DNA from: Patescibacteria group bacterium
GTDB lineage: Bacteria > Patescibacteriota > Minisyncoccia > UBA6257 > 2-01-FULL-56-20
Assembly: GCA_018971305.1 (NCBI GenBank)
Contig: JAGXBC010000001.1
Coordinates: forward strand, 245,687-309,686
Direction: 5' to 3'
DNA: 64,000 nucleotides
In this document: positions 34,619 to 45,623 of the stretch, piece after piece
Position numbering within the stretch: the first letter of the stretch is position 1
Layout of the letters: every line of letters starts with the position of its first letter
The notes under the pieces: model-generated
What the model saw: the letters and a program-made list of their open reading frames with translations, nothing else
Databases searched by the model: none
What the model was told of the DNA's origin: nothing
Translations under genes and position numbers: made by a program

Positions 34619-35917
34619 ATGATCAATATAAAAGATTTAGGAAAGGCATTGAAACAGGTTGCCGAGGAGAAGGGTCTGCAACCGGAAAAAGTTTTAGAAG
34701 CAATAGAGGCCTCAATTGCCGCCGCGTACAAAAAGGAATACGGAGAGCGCGGGGAAATAGTGAAGTGCAAGCTGGACCAGAAAACCGGAGAGCTTAAATT
34801 TTGGCAAATAAAAACCGTAGTTGACGAGACCGCGGTGCGTTTTATTGAAGAAGATGAAGCGATTGAGGGCGGAGAAGCGGCTGGAGCCAAGGAGGCCGGG
34901 GCGCAAGACAAAGAAAATAAAAAGAAAGTAGAGAAGAGGCCGGAAGCGCAGCCGTTTTCTGAAGACGAAGAGCAAAAACTCCCGCGCTATAATTCTGAGC
35001 GCCATATTCTTTTGGAAGAAGCGAAAAAAATAAAGAAGGATTTGATCTTAGGTGAGGAACTTACCTTCCCGCTGGAGACCCATGAGGATTTCGGAAGAAT
35101 TGCCGCACAAACAGCCAAACAAGTTATCTTACAGAAACTTAGAGAATCAGAGAGGGATTCAATCTTGGGAGAGTGGCACGATAAAGAAGGAGGCATTGTG
35201 AGCGGCGTTGTCCAGCGTTTTGAACGCGGGCATGTTTACGTTGATTTAGGCAGAACCATAGGTGTGATGTTCGCTAATGAATCTATACCAGGAGAACACT
35301 ACCGTGCCGGAGAAAGATTAAGATTTTTGGTTTTGGCGGTTCAGGAAGACGCTCGGCTTCCGGGCATAGTTCTTTCGCGATCGCACCCTAAATTTGTGAT
35401 GGAACTTTTCCGTATGGAAGTTCCCGAGCTTGCCGAGGGTAATGTGGAAATAAAATCAATCGCTCGCGAACCTGGCAACAGAACCAAATTAGCCGTAGCT
35501 TCTAAGGCGGATGGGGTTGACCCCGTTGGTGCGCTTGTCGGTCAGAGGGGGACGCGCGTGATGTCGGTAAACAATGAATTGGGTCAAGAAAAGATTGATA
35601 TAGCAGAGTGGTCCGAAGACCCGGAAAAATTTATCAGCAATTCCTTGTCGCCGGCGAAAGTACAGCGTGTGGAGATTTTGCCGAGGCGTGAGGCACGTGT
35701 TTATGTTCCGGAGGACCAATTGAGTTTGGCCATCGGCAAGGGCGGTCAGAATGTTCGCTTAGCGGCGCGGCTTACCGGTTGGAAAATAGATGTGCGTTCC
35801 GAGAGGCGTCCAGAAGAAGTGCAGGAAGGTGGAATAGCCGGCACCGCTCCAATTGAGGACCAGATACCCGCCGAGCCGGCTCCCGACCCTGAGGAAAGGG
35901 GCGATTTGAGCGTGTAG
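34619..35917 (+). CDS. nusA: transcription termination/antitermination factor NusA
   Basis: NusA N-terminal domain, S1 domain (GGIVSGVVQRFERGHVYVDLG), two KH domains (LVGQRGTRV...; LAIGKGGQNVRLAARLTGWKIDV). An acidic insertion lies between the NTD and S1. Confidence 0.85.
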   Translation: MINIKDLGKALKQVAEEKGLQPEKVLEAIEASIAAAYKKEYGERGEIVKCKLDQKTGELKFWQIKTVVDETAVRFIEEDEAIEGGEAAGAKEAGAQDKENKKKVEKRPEAQPFSEDEEQKLPRYNSERHILLEEAKKIKKDLILGEELTFPLETHEDFGRIAAQTAKQVILQKLRESERDSILGEWHDKEGGIVSGVVQRFERGHVYVDLGRTIGVMFANESIPGEHYRAGERLRFLVLAVQEDARLPGIVLSRSHPKFVMELFRMEVPELAEGNVEIKSIAREPGNRTKLAVASKADGVDPVGALVGQRGTRVMSVNNELGQEKIDIAEWSEDPEKFISNSLSPAKVQRVEILPRREARVYVPEDQLSLAIGKGGQNVRLAARLTGWKIDVRSERRPEEVQEGGIAGTAPIEDQIPAEPAPDPEERGDLSV

Positions 35918-35992
35918 ATTTTTGTTTTAATTATTGAAAAATCGCGGTTTTGCGATAAAATAAAGCTATAAATTAATATAACTAAATAAAAT

Positions 35993-37978
35993 ATGATTAC
36001 CTTCGCAATTGTAGCTTCTTTGGTGGCAATAATCGTTGCCCTAGTTTTGTCTTGGAGCATACTGCGGGAACCTGCAGGAGAAAAGCAGATGCAGGAAATA
36101 GCGAGCGCTATCCAGATCGGAGCATCTGCTTATTTGAATAGGCAATATAAAACCGTCGCTGCCGTAGCCGTTGTTGTTGCTTTGCTTATAGGCTGGTTCC
36201 TGGGAATGACGACTATGGTCGGATTTATAATCGGGGCCTTCGCTTCGGCTTTGGCCGGATATGTTGGGATGAACGTTGCGGTACGGGCGAATGTTCGCAC
36301 CACCCAGGCTGCGCGTTCCGGATTGCATAAAGCGCTAAGCATTGCTTTTAGGGGCGGGGCTGTTACTGGTTTCCTTGTAGCTGGCCTAGCACTTTTTTCT
36401 GTTTCCACATTTTATTTTTTCACAAAAAATGTTTCTGCTTTAATAGGCCTGGGATTTGGAGGAAGTTTAATATCCATCTTTGCCCGCTTGGGCGGAGGAA
36501 TTTTTACGAAGGGCGCTGATGTTGGCGCGGACTTAGTGGGCAAAGTTGAAGCCGGAATCCCGGAGGACGATCCGCGCAACCCGGCGGTTATTGCGGATAA
36601 TGTCGGCGACAATGTTGGCGACGACGCCGGCATGGCCGCTGACCTTTTTGAAACTTACGCCGTGACAACGGTAGCGGCGATGATTTTAGGAAAAATTACT
36701 TTCCCCGGGAACGAAGGCATAATTACTCTGCCGCTTCTCATAGGAGGAATTACGATAATCGCTTCGCTCCTTGGGCTATTCTTTGTCCGTCTTGGTAAAA
36801 GCCTTGATATTATGAAGGCTTTGTATAAGGGTCTTATTTCCGCTAGCGTTATTTCCCTTGCCGGTTTCTGGTTTTTAGCCGCCAACTACGGCACGTCTTT
36901 ATCTCTTTCTTTTGATAAACTTTTTTACCCGATGGTCATCGGTGTTGCCGTGACCGCTTTTATGGTTTTAATAACGGAATACTATACTTCAAAAAGTTTT
37001 CGGCCGGTGCGTTCAATTGCCGAGGCATCCAAAACCGGACATGGTACGAATGTGATCACCGGGCTTTCTGTTGGCATGGAAGCCACTGCTATGCCGGTTG
37101 TTGTTATCGTGGCCGGCATTCTTTCCGCATTTTATTTTAACGGCGTTTATGGGGTGGCGCTTGCTGCAACAAGTATGCTTGGTATGGCGGGAATAATTAT
37201 TGCTATAGACGCCTTTGGTCCGATAACTGACAACGCCGGCGGTATCGCCGAGATGGCCGGGCTTCCGGAATCAGTGCGCAAGGTGACAGATTCCTTGGAC
37301 GCGGTAGGCAACACTACTAAGGCGGTAACTAAGGGTTATGCCATAGGATCGGCAGGGCTTGCGGCGCTTGTACTCTTCTCTTCTTATGTTCAAGAGTTGC
37401 AAACACACTACGGCTCACGTCCTGCACTTTTTGATCTTAACGACCCAAAGGTTCTAATAGGTTTATTGCTTGGAGGCATGATTCCATATTTATTTGCTTC
37501 AATTTCTATGAGGGCGGTTGGTAAGGCCGCGAGCAGTGTTGTTGTGGAAGTGCGAAGACAGTTTAAAGAAATTCCGGGGATTATGGCTGGCACAGCAAAA
37601 CCGGATTACGCGAAATGCGTGGATATTGTGGCTTCGGCGGCAATCAAGGAAATGGTTGTGCCCGCGCTTCTGCCCGTTGTTGTGCCTATCGCCGTAGCAT
37701 TCATTCTTGGTCCGATTGCTTTGGGAGGATTGCTTGTTGGTTCGATTGTAACCGGCTTATTCGTTGCTATTTCCATGACCTCCGGCGGCGCGGCTTGGGA
37801 CAATGCCAAGAAATACATTGAGGAGGGCAACTTGGGCGGTAAGGGTTCGGAGGCGCACAAAGCGGCAGTTACTGGGGACACTGTCGGCGACCCCTACAAA
37901 GACACTGCCGGCCCGGCGATAAATCCCGTTATCAAGATAATTAATATAATTGCTTTATTACTAGTTCCATTTTTATAA
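35993..37978 (+). CDS. hppA: membrane-bound H+/Na+-translocating pyrophosphatase
   Basis: Signature [55 protein letters not shown] and about 15 TM helices. 661 aa. Confidence 0.9.
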   Translation: MITFAIVASLVAIIVALVLSWSILREPAGEKQMQEIASAIQIGASAYLNRQYKTVAAVAVVVALLIGWFLGMTTMVGFIIGAFASALAGYVGMNVAVRANVRTTQAARSGLHKALSIAFRGGAVTGFLVAGLALFSVSTFYFFTKNVSALIGLGFGGSLISIFARLGGGIFTKGADVGADLVGKVEAGIPEDDPRNPAVIADNVGDNVGDDAGMAADLFETYAVTTVAAMILGKITFPGNEGIITLPLLIGGITIIASLLGLFFVRLGKSLDIMKALYKGLISASVISLAGFWFLAANYGTSLSLSFDKLFYPMVIGVAVTAFMVLITEYYTSKSFRPVRSIAEASKTGHGTNVITGLSVGMEATAMPVVVIVAGILSAFYFNGVYGVALAATSMLGMAGIIIAIDAFGPITDNAGGIAEMAGLPESVRKVTDSLDAVGNTTKAVTKGYAIGSAGLAALVLFSSYVQELQTHYGSRPALFDLNDPKVLIGLLLGGMIPYLFASISMRAVGKAASSVVVEVRRQFKEIPGIMAGTAKPDYAKCVDIVASAAIKEMVVPALLPVVVPIAVAFILGPIALGGLLVGSIVTGLFVAISMTSGGAAWDNAKKYIEEGNLGGKGSEAHKAAVTGDTVGDPYKDTAGPAINPVIKIINIIALLLVPFL

Positions 37979-37985
37979 TTAAATT

Positions 37986-38588
37986 ATGAGCGAATTCAGC
38001 CAATATTTAATTCCAACTGTTATCGAGAAATCGCAGAATGGCGAGCGGGCTTACGATATTTATTCTCGTCTGCTCAAAGACCGCATAATCTTTTTAGGAG
38101 GAGGAATAAACGATGTTGTGGCAAACGCCATTATTGCCCAGCTCTTGTTTTTGGAGCACGAAGACCCCAAGAAAGATATCAAGCTTTATATAAACTCTCC
38201 GGGAGGTTCGGTCACGGCAGGAATGGCGATTTACGACACGATGCAGTTTATTAAGCCGGACGTTTCCACAATGTGCGTGGGCATAGCGGCTTCTATGGGC
38301 GCATTTCTTTTGGCTGCAGGACAAAGGGGCAAGCGGCTCGCCCTCCCCAATTCTCAGATTCTTCTGCACCAGGTAGCGGTGGAATCGATTGGCGGCCAGG
38401 CCTCGGAAATAGAAATTTCAGCCAAGCAAATCGTAAAAACAAAAGAACGCCTGAATCATATTCTCTCCAAGCACACGGGTCAGCTGATAGTTAAGGTAGA
38501 AAAAGATACCGACCGCGACTTCTGGCTTTCCGCCGACGAGGCCAAGGCCTACGGAGTTGTGGACGAAATAATCAAAACAAGGAAGTAG
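37986..38588 (+). CDS. clpP: ATP-dependent Clp protease proteolytic subunit
   Basis: [25 protein letters not shown]..., catalytic Ser in [11 protein letters not shown], His in ILLHQ. Confidence 0.9.
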   Translation: MSEFSQYLIPTVIEKSQNGERAYDIYSRLLKDRIIFLGGGINDVVANAIIAQLLFLEHEDPKKDIKLYINSPGGSVTAGMAIYDTMQFIKPDVSTMCVGIAASMGAFLLAAGQRGKRLALPNSQILLHQVAVESIGGQASEIEISAKQIVKTKERLNHILSKHTGQLIVKVEKDTDRDFWLSADEAKAYGVVDEIIKTRK

Positions 38589-38619
38589 TAGCCGCTAGGG
38601 CCGAGCCGATATTCTATTT

Positions 38620-38967
38620 TTAGTTAGCCTCGCTGAGGTGCTGTTCTTTGAATTTTAGCTCAAGGTCTTTCTCGGCCAAAAAATTTACGTAAAGAAGTAA
38701 TTCATCCTTACTATTTCTTATTTCTAAATAATCGGGCATCCGTTTATCTAGGCGATCTATATTAATTTTATATTCGCCATTTGCAACTGCCTCCCAGAAA
38801 CTGTCGCGCTGTATAAGGTCAAAAAAGTAGATGGCCCTTTCTCCCGCTGAAAACTGTTCGCTAAGGGAAGATTTGCCGTCAGACAACTTTTCTTTTTCCG
38901 GTTGATCGGCTGGCAGACGACGCTCCGCTCCCGGTTCAGATTTTGGTTTTTCCATACCTATGAACAT
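38620..38967 (-). CDS. hypothetical protein (115 aa)
   Basis: Clean ORF between clpP and tyrS with no recognised domain. Confidence 0.4.
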   Translation of the reverse strand: MFIGMEKPKSEPGAERRLPADQPEKEKLSDGKSSLSEQFSAGERAIYFFDLIQRDSFWEAVANGEYKINIDRLDKRMPDYLEIRNSKDELLLYVNFLAEKDLELKFKEQHLSEAN

Positions 38968-39030
38968 AAGTTATATTGGGATAATAGTCAAAGACTTCCA
39001 GCGCGGTTTTTATTCTGTTAGAATAGTTAA

Positions 39031-40257
39031 ATGAATATGAGCGATAACGATAAAATAAAAGAAGTTTTGAACCGCTCCGTGAGTGCGATTTATCCTTCGC
39101 GTGAGGCGCTGGAAAAGGCACTAAGCTCCGGCAAGAAACTCAAAATATATCTCGGTGTTGACCCGACCGGGCCGCATTTACACCTTGGACAGCTTACTAA
39201 TCTTTTACTGCTCAAAAAGCTGCAAAATCTGGGGCACGAAATAATATTCCTTATAGGAGATTTTACGGGCCGCATCGGCGATCCGACGGACAAGCTTGCT
39301 ACTAGAAAACAACTTACAGAAAAAGACGTTGCTATAAATATGAAAACATTCAAGGAGCAGGTCGGTAGGATAATAAATTTTAGCGGTAAAAACGCCGTAA
39401 AAATCGCCTTCAACTCCAAATGGCTCGCCAAAATGACTCTTACCGATTGGATCGGGATTTCAGCGAACGTTACGGTCCAACAGATGATAGAAAGAGATAT
39501 GTTTCGGGAGCGCTTAAAGGGGGGGAAACCGATTTTCATACATGAATTTTTTTACCCTTTGATGCAGGGATACGACTCTGTTGCTATGGATGTTGACATG
39601 GAGATCGGCGGCAATGACCAAACATTCAATATGCTTATGGGTCGCCACCTGATGAAAACCTATAAGAATAAAGAGAAATTTGTTCTGACGACAAAACTTC
39701 TGGAGCATCCTAAAACCGGCAGGAAATTAATGAACAAAAGTGAGGGGGGGATGATAAATCTGGACGACGAGCCGGCAGATATTTTTGGCAAAGTTATGGC
39801 GCTGGACGATGTTTCCATTGTGCCAGTTGCCGAGCTGTGCACGGAGATGCCGCTGGCAGACGTTGAGAAAATTAAAAAAACTCTCGTGGATGGAAAATCC
39901 AACCCGCGTGACTCCAAGTTTGATGTTGCCGAAGCGGTCGTCAAAACTATTTATGGCGAAAAGGAGGCCGCCGCCGCCCGCGCAAGATACATAGAAATGT
40001 TTTCCAAAAAAGAAATACCCGAAGATTTGCCGGTATATAAGATTGTAGAGAACAATCTAACCGCTTTCGGTACTATTGCCACCATAATCAAGGCGATTGA
40101 ACATAGGGATATAAGCAATAGCGAGGCGCGGCGGCTCGTAGAGCATGGAGGATTTGAGGTGGCAGGTACTGTTAAAAAAGACCCAAAAGAAAAAATAAAT
40201 TTAAAAGGCGGGGAAATAATTAGAATCGGAAAGAAAAAGTTTTTTAGGGTAGGATAA
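39031..40257 (+). CDS. tyrS: tyrosine--tRNA ligase
   Basis: Class I HIGH-region GVDPTGPHLHLGQ, KMSKS-like KLMNKSEGG, and a C-terminal S4-like domain (GGFEVAGTVKKDPKEKINLKGGEIIRIGKKKFFRV). Confidence 0.8.
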   Translation: MNMSDNDKIKEVLNRSVSAIYPSREALEKALSSGKKLKIYLGVDPTGPHLHLGQLTNLLLLKKLQNLGHEIIFLIGDFTGRIGDPTDKLATRKQLTEKDVAINMKTFKEQVGRIINFSGKNAVKIAFNSKWLAKMTLTDWIGISANVTVQQMIERDMFRERLKGGKPIFIHEFFYPLMQGYDSVAMDVDMEIGGNDQTFNMLMGRHLMKTYKNKEKFVLTTKLLEHPKTGRKLMNKSEGGMINLDDEPADIFGKVMALDDVSIVPVAELCTEMPLADVEKIKKTLVDGKSNPRDSKFDVAEAVVKTIYGEKEAAAARARYIEMFSKKEIPEDLPVYKIVENNLTAFGTIATIIKAIEHRDISNSEARRLVEHGGFEVAGTVKKDPKEKINLKGGEIIRIGKKKFFRVG

Positions 40258-40539
40258 TAACAGCGGAGTTTGAATATCTTCGGACGGAATATCAAAAAAA
40301 GAAGCCCCCGCAAAAAAGCGAGGGAGTTTGAGTCGGGGGTTTGTGCCCAAAGGGTTTTATCCCGACTAAGGCTTTACGGACGAGCCCTCACGCTCAGGTG
40401 TGACGCTGCGCAGTGAGCAGAAGACTCATAAAGAGCCTAAGTGTACTGGCTAAATTATATGTCGGATTGCGATGTTTATCAAGTAGTATGGTATGGCAAT
40501 ATTTTTGACGAAAGAACGGTTTATATTTTTAGATAACAA

Positions 40540-41238
40540 TTAATTTATTGTAAGTTTGGACAGAACAGTATTCGCCGCATCAATATCTTTCTGCAAAGTA
40601 TAGCCGTTATTTGTCAGGTAAATCGAATATACAAGATTATTTTTCGTCACAAAGTATTCGCGGAAAGTAAATCCGTTGAACGAAGCGAACGCTTCCATCC
40701 CGGGTAGTCCGGCGATGGTTACGCTTGTAGTCGCCAATATCGGAGTAGGATAAAATTGCGGGAATTCCTTGCCCTGAAGTGTTTTGGCGTACCAATCTTC
40801 TACTGGGAGTGTGTTCTTGTCGTAATAAACCCGCATTACAACGCTAAACACCTCATCACCGTGTTCCGGGGAATCAATATTTCTTTGCTCGTAATTATTA
40901 GTCGGGCTGCCGGAATATTTTCGCGAATCTCTTAGTGTCCATGTTCCGGGATAGCTCACATTGTAACCGTAGGTCGGGTCGGTGAATATCTGCCACGAGA
41001 TTGTGTTGGCTTTAGGTTCGGTTGGTTTACTGCTTGATGCAGCTGGAGGTGGCTGGGGGACTCTAGTTTGGTCCAGGAACGCGTTTGTCGGGGATGTGCT
41101 TGTAGCTGTGACGGCATTTCCCTCCGGAGTATTATTCACCGATCCGGTTCTTAATACTGTATACAACCAAACGCCGGCGAGAATAGTTACAGATACCAAA
41201 AAAACTATTATTATCTTTTTTAGCCACTGTCTTTCCAT
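40540..41238 (-). CDS. secreted/membrane-anchored hypothetical protein
   Basis: N-terminal TM IIIVFLVSVTILAGVWLYTVL, then a T/S/P-rich linker and a globular domain. No family recognised. Confidence 0.45.
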   Translation of the reverse strand: MERQWLKKIIIVFLVSVTILAGVWLYTVLRTGSVNNTPEGNAVTATSTSPTNAFLDQTRVPQPPPAASSSKPTEPKANTISWQIFTDPTYGYNVSYPGTWTLRDSRKYSGSPTNNYEQRNIDSPEHGDEVFSVVMRVYYDKNTLPVEDWYAKTLQGKEFPQFYPTPILATTSVTIAGLPGMEAFASFNGFTFREYFVTKNNLVYSIYLTNNGYTLQKDIDAANTVLSKLTIN

Positions 41239-41282
41239 TTAGTTTATTATAGCAGTCCAGATGCTATGAAAGATTTATGCTA

Positions 41283-41313
41283 TAAAAAAATAAAACCGCC
41301 ATGCAACGTGGCG
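41283..41313 (-). terminator. rho-independent terminator downstream of the DUF151 nuclease gene
   Basis: On the minus strand: ccgccacgttgcatggcgg followed by TTTTATTTTTTT. Confidence 0.55.
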
Positions 41314-41341
41314 GCTCGTTTAATATTATCGGCAATATCTA

Positions 41342-41839
41342 TTATGGGGTTTCTCCCTGGGGTTCCGGCGGGGCTTCTCCCCGATTTTCAATTTCCATGA
41401 ACATTCTACCAATGAGGTCAACAGTTAAATTAGTTTTTTCATCAGTCATTGTTTCCAGCAAGAGTTCCTCTGTTACAAAAATAGGAACTTCGAATTTTAA
41501 TGCCAGTGCAACGGCATCACTCGGTCGGCAATCAAGAGACGTTTTTTCTCCGTTCCGGTCTAAGTGAATAAGGGCATAGAAAACATCATCCTTTATTTCG
41601 GTAATAACCGCCTTAGTCATCATCGCCCCCAAAGACACGACTGCATTCTTTAATAGATCGTAAGGCATTGGCCGGGGTGGTTCAATTTTGTTGGCCGCAG
41701 CTAAGATTTGCTGAGCTTCCCATGGTCCTATCCATATCGGTATCGGCGAGTTAGTTATCTTATTCCTCACAAGAAGGATTAAATCGCCATTAATAAAAAC
41801 TATGCTGTTTTCCGGATTTACGGTTACCTCTATTTCCAT
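41342..41839 (-). CDS. bifunctional nuclease family protein (DUF151/BFN domain)
   Basis: ...DRNGEKTSLDCRPSDAVALALKFEVPIFVTEELL... matches the BFN-domain core (D.RPSDA.ALA.R...PI.V.E.V). Confidence 0.6.
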   Translation of the reverse strand: MEIEVTVNPENSIVFINGDLILLVRNKITNSPIPIWIGPWEAQQILAAANKIEPPRPMPYDLLKNAVVSLGAMMTKAVITEIKDDVFYALIHLDRNGEKTSLDCRPSDAVALALKFEVPIFVTEELLLETMTDEKTNLTVDLIGRMFMEIENRGEAPPEPQGETP

Positions 41840-41958
41840 GTAAACACCTCGATAATGCTAAATATTCTAAGGCGAATTTTAATGGTTGCTGGAGGTTTAG
41901 TCAAATATTTATTGTCTTGGCTAGCTTTGTGTCTGCCGGATAAAATAAAAAAACAGGG

Positions 41959-42324
41959 CTAATTGATAATAGTCCTGTCGGGTGTATATTTTTTCATCAG
42001 ATTGGAAGATTCCGGTTCCAGCGGTTTGCCTTCGCCCCAGATTTTCCTGTTTCCGGGAGGGGCGCAGTCGTCGTGGGCGTACAGCAACCCTCTTTTCAAG
42101 TCATTGAATTCCGCGATCCTTTCCAGCGGCATTATCGGACATTCGCAAAAGATGCACAATACGCAATATTTATTGGAATAGGCCTGAAGGCATTCGCGGC
42201 AGGCGTGGAAATTATCCGGGAGAGATTCAATAATCGCCCGTCGCCCAAGGATAACTATATCAATAGGTAGGTTTATCTCGTGCTCGCAGTGCGGAAAGTT
42301 TTTTAAGGACGACCTAGCGAACAT
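41959..42324 (-). CDS. Cys-rich hypothetical protein (several CxxC/CxC pairs; possible metal-binding)
   Basis: 121 aa with HCEHE, CRECLQ, CVLCIFCECP and DDCAPPG. Confidence 0.35.
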   Translation of the reverse strand: MFARSSLKNFPHCEHEINLPIDIVILGRRAIIESLPDNFHACRECLQAYSNKYCVLCIFCECPIMPLERIAEFNDLKRGLLYAHDDCAPPGNRKIWGEGKPLEPESSNLMKKYTPDRTIIN

Positions 42325-42419
42325 TGTTCACCTCCAGGTCACAATTTATTCTATTTCTGATATTATGCGCGCCACGAGGATAAGTCAAAAATGAACCGCC
42401 AGTAATGGCGGTTTATGGT

Positions 42420-42590
42420 TAGTTCTTGCTCTCTCTAATTCCTTTTTCAACCGCATTTTTAATGACTATGTGAAGTAGTGCTATTAAGGATATCCCTGCT
42501 ACAAAAAGTCCGATAGTCCTCGGAAGAAAATTAAAAATTAAATCCAGAAGAGAAATACCACCACCCACCAGAAGAATTATATATTCCATT
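42420..42590 (-). CDS. small hydrophobic membrane protein (56 aa), below the ORF-track cutoff
   Basis: Translation MEYIILLVGGGISLLDLIFNFLPRTIGLFVAGISLIALLHIVIKNAVEKGIRESKN. A hairpin-plus-T-tract terminator lies just downstream on the minus strand (42395-42415). Confidence 0.35.
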
Positions 42591-42898
42591 TCTATATAAT
42601 TATATCATGTTTTTCTCTGAGATCAGGGTAGTTGGGATAATCGCTACTGGCGGAGGTGAATAACCAACGCTACGAAAATATTCTAACTGCCCTGATTTAA
42701 GAGAAATTATGTAGTGATGGAATAGGTACCGAGTTATCCACAGGTGACAATTTTGTGGTGTGCTATAGTATATTTAGTCTCACTGACAATTTCATACCTT
42801 TATTATTTTCTCGTCATACTTGCCGAGACGCATTCATACACTTAGCTGGCTTCCCCTGGGAATGACCAGCTCTTTTTTTACAAAAAGTTTCGCAACAA

Positions 42899-42926
42899 AA
42901 AACCGCCCCAATTTTTATCGGGACGG
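42899..42926. terminator. bidirectional hairpin terminator downstream of pnp
   Basis: ccgccccaatttttatcggggcgg flanked by A-run/T-run (caaaaaa...ttttg). Confidence 0.55.
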
Positions 42927-42965
42927 TTTTGCATTTCTGTTCTATGCTCCGTGTTCTATGGTTTA

Positions 42966-45068
42966 TTATTTCCCTTCCATCTGTTTTAGCGACAATCCGA
43001 TTCGTCCGTCTTCGTCAGCGCGGATTATTTTCGCCCGCACGAAGTCGCCAACTTTTACGACTTCTTCAACGGTTTTTACATAGCCCTGTTTCAGCTCCGA
43101 GACGTGAATCATTCCGTCTTTGCCTCCGCCCAAATCCATTATCGCGCCGAAGTCCAGTGTTTTAATAATTTTCCCTTCCACGATTTCTCCGACTTTATAT
43201 TCTTTGGTTAGTGCGGTGATTTCGGCGACTGCGGTTTCCACTGTTTTTACATCCGAACCGGAAACGGAGACCGAACCATCCTCCTCAACATCAATCCCGG
43301 CAAGCGCATACTTCTTAATAAGTCCGTTTATCATCTTGCCGCCAGGGCCGATAAGCGAACCGATTTTCTCCGGATTGATCTTCAGCTGGCGGATAATCGG
43401 GACATACTTGGATAATTCCTTTTTCGGCTGAGAAATAACAGATTTAATGAACTGCAGTATCTCTAAACGGGCCTTTTTGGCCTGTTCCAGACCCTTGGCG
43501 AGCATTTCCATTGTTACGCCATCAACTTTTACATCCATTTGCATGGCGTTTACGCCATCGTCCGTGCCAGCAATTTTGAAGTCCATATCGCCGTGGTGGT
43601 CTTCAGGACCCTGAATGTCGGTGAGGACTTTATAATTTTTTTCGTCCTTCATCATCATCCCCATAGCAATTCCGGCTGCCGGTTTTTTTATCGGCACGCC
43701 TGCGTCCATCAAAGACATCACCGAGGCGCAGACCGTTGCCATAGAAGACGAGCCGTTGGAAGACAAGATTTCCGAAACTACGCGAATTGTGTACGGGAAT
43801 TCTTCTTTGGGAGGAATTAATGGTTCAACAGCTTTGCGCGCTAAGTTGCCATGGCCGATGTCACGGCGTCCTGGTCCGCGGAAGCCGCCGATCTCGCCAA
43901 CCGAGAACGGCGGGAAGTTGTAGTGCAACATAAAGCGGCGCTTACCGGTCATTTCCATTGTTTCTATCATCAATTCCTGCCCCGGAGGCGCGAGGGTTAC
44001 AATGCCCAAGGCCTGCGTGTTGCCGCGAATAAATACGGCCGAGCCGTGCGTGCGCGGGAAGAGTCCGATCTCTCCGTTTAGTGCGCGGAGTTCATCCAGT
44101 TTTCTCCCATCAGGACGCATGTCGCGCTCCAAAACATTTTTATGCACGAGGTCGTTTATAGCTTCTTCGAATAAAAAGTCCGCGGCTTTGAAATTCGGTT
44201 CCGGGAACTTTTCTTTAATGTGCGCAAAATAATCGTGCTTAAGCGCGCCGAGCTTACTTGCGTGTTCCTGTTTGTTTTTCTGGTATACTGCTTCTTCCAG
44301 TTTGTCGTTCAAAAATTCCTCAGTGGCCTTTTTTAATTCCGGATCTGGCTCCGAGAGGGATATTTCCGTTTTCGCCTTACCTACTTCCGCGACTATCTTT
44401 TTCTGGAAATCAATAAGGTTGTTGATATCTTTTTGCGCGAGCTCAAAGCCGGCAATAATATCCTTTTCGTCCGTATCGCTGCCTCCGAGCTCTATCATAT
44501 TTATTTTTCCGTAGGAGCCGGCAACGAAGGAGTCGAATTTGGCTTTGCCATCCACAACCTCGGAATTTGTGGGGTTTACAACGAATTTATCTCCTATTTT
44601 AGCCAAGCGGATGCCTCCAACGGGGCCATTCCAGGGGATATCGGACATGGCGAGTGCTGTGGAGGCCCCGATTAGACCGACGAATTCCGGTTCATTCTGC
44701 TCGTCTATTTCTAATACAGTGACGACAACCTGTATGTCGCGGCGGATGCGGTGGTCAAATAGTGGTCTGATTGTGCGGTCCACCAAGCGTCCGGCGAGGA
44801 TGGCGTCTTCGGATGGCCTGGATTCGCGGCGAACGTAGCGGCTGCCGATGATCTTTCCGGCGGCATAAAATTTCTCTTCGTAGTCGACTCTAAGCGGCAT
44901 ATAGTCCGTGCTCGCGTCGGTTTTAGACATTACGACCGTCGTTAATACGATTGTTTCGCCGTATTTAGCAATGACCGAGGCGTTTGTTTGTCCGGCAAGG
45001 TCGGATACTTCTATCGTCAGAGTTTTCCCTCCTATCTCTGTTTCAAATTTTTTGCGTTGTATTGGCAT
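42966..45068 (-). CDS. pnp: polyribonucleotide nucleotidyltransferase (PNPase)
   Basis: Two RNase PH domains, then KH (LIGPGGKMINGLI) and S1 (VGEIVEGKIIKTLDFGAIMDLGGGKDGMIHVSEL). 700 aa. Confidence 0.9.
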   Translation of the reverse strand: MPIQRKKFETEIGGKTLTIEVSDLAGQTNASVIAKYGETIVLTTVVMSKTDASTDYMPLRVDYEEKFYAAGKIIGSRYVRRESRPSEDAILAGRLVDRTIRPLFDHRIRRDIQVVVTVLEIDEQNEPEFVGLIGASTALAMSDIPWNGPVGGIRLAKIGDKFVVNPTNSEVVDGKAKFDSFVAGSYGKINMIELGGSDTDEKDIIAGFELAQKDINNLIDFQKKIVAEVGKAKTEISLSEPDPELKKATEEFLNDKLEEAVYQKNKQEHASKLGALKHDYFAHIKEKFPEPNFKAADFLFEEAINDLVHKNVLERDMRPDGRKLDELRALNGEIGLFPRTHGSAVFIRGNTQALGIVTLAPPGQELMIETMEMTGKRRFMLHYNFPPFSVGEIGGFRGPGRRDIGHGNLARKAVEPLIPPKEEFPYTIRVVSEILSSNGSSSMATVCASVMSLMDAGVPIKKPAAGIAMGMMMKDEKNYKVLTDIQGPEDHHGDMDFKIAGTDDGVNAMQMDVKVDGVTMEMLAKGLEQAKKARLEILQFIKSVISQPKKELSKYVPIIRQLKINPEKIGSLIGPGGKMINGLIKKYALAGIDVEEDGSVSVSGSDVKTVETAVAEITALTKEYKVGEIVEGKIIKTLDFGAIMDLGGGKDGMIHVSELKQGYVKTVEEVVKVGDFVRAKIIRADEDGRIGLSLKQMEGK

Positions 45069-45076
45069 AATTTATT

Positions 45077-45616
45077 TTAAGTATTGTTAATTAAATTTTT
45101 GTATGTTGCCATATCTTGCTCGAGGGAGACGATATGATTGCTCATTGATGTTCTATTAGACCTGATTGATAGATACTCTCTTTTTTCCTGGGGTGACATC
45201 GCTTCTAATTCATTAAATATTCTATAAATTTTCTCTACTTTATCTTCTAGGCCGCTTACATCTATATCGGCTATTCCTTTCTTTTTTATTTTTTGTTTCA
45301 TCACGGCTAATGACATCCTCACCTGATCGACGCGCCGACGGTATTTTTTTATCTCTTCCGGGTCTATCGTTTCGTCCTCGGCTTCTGGTAACCTGTCTTC
45401 TCTTAAATGTCTGTCTAGAATATCGTCGATTTTCTGTCTTTTTAACGATTCAGTTTTAAAATCTTCAGCCTGGGTATCTAGCTCGCTTCCTAACCTTTCG
45501 GATTTAGAAACTTCTTTTGCTTTTGCCAATAATTCAGCTTTATTTTTATCGAGTACTTCTTGCAATTCTTTCTGGCTTAGATTGTTTACTTTTTCTCCGG
45601 GGACTTCTTTATTCAT
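45077..45616 (-). CDS. hypothetical charged coiled-coil protein
   Basis: 179 aa, K/E/D-rich, predicted helical, no motif recognised. Confidence 0.4.
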   Translation of the reverse strand: MNKEVPGEKVNNLSQKELQEVLDKNKAELLAKAKEVSKSERLGSELDTQAEDFKTESLKRQKIDDILDRHLREDRLPEAEDETIDPEEIKKYRRRVDQVRMSLAVMKQKIKKKGIADIDVSGLEDKVEKIYRIFNELEAMSPQEKREYLSIRSNRTSMSNHIVSLEQDMATYKNLINNT

Positions 45617-45623
45617 ACTCCGT

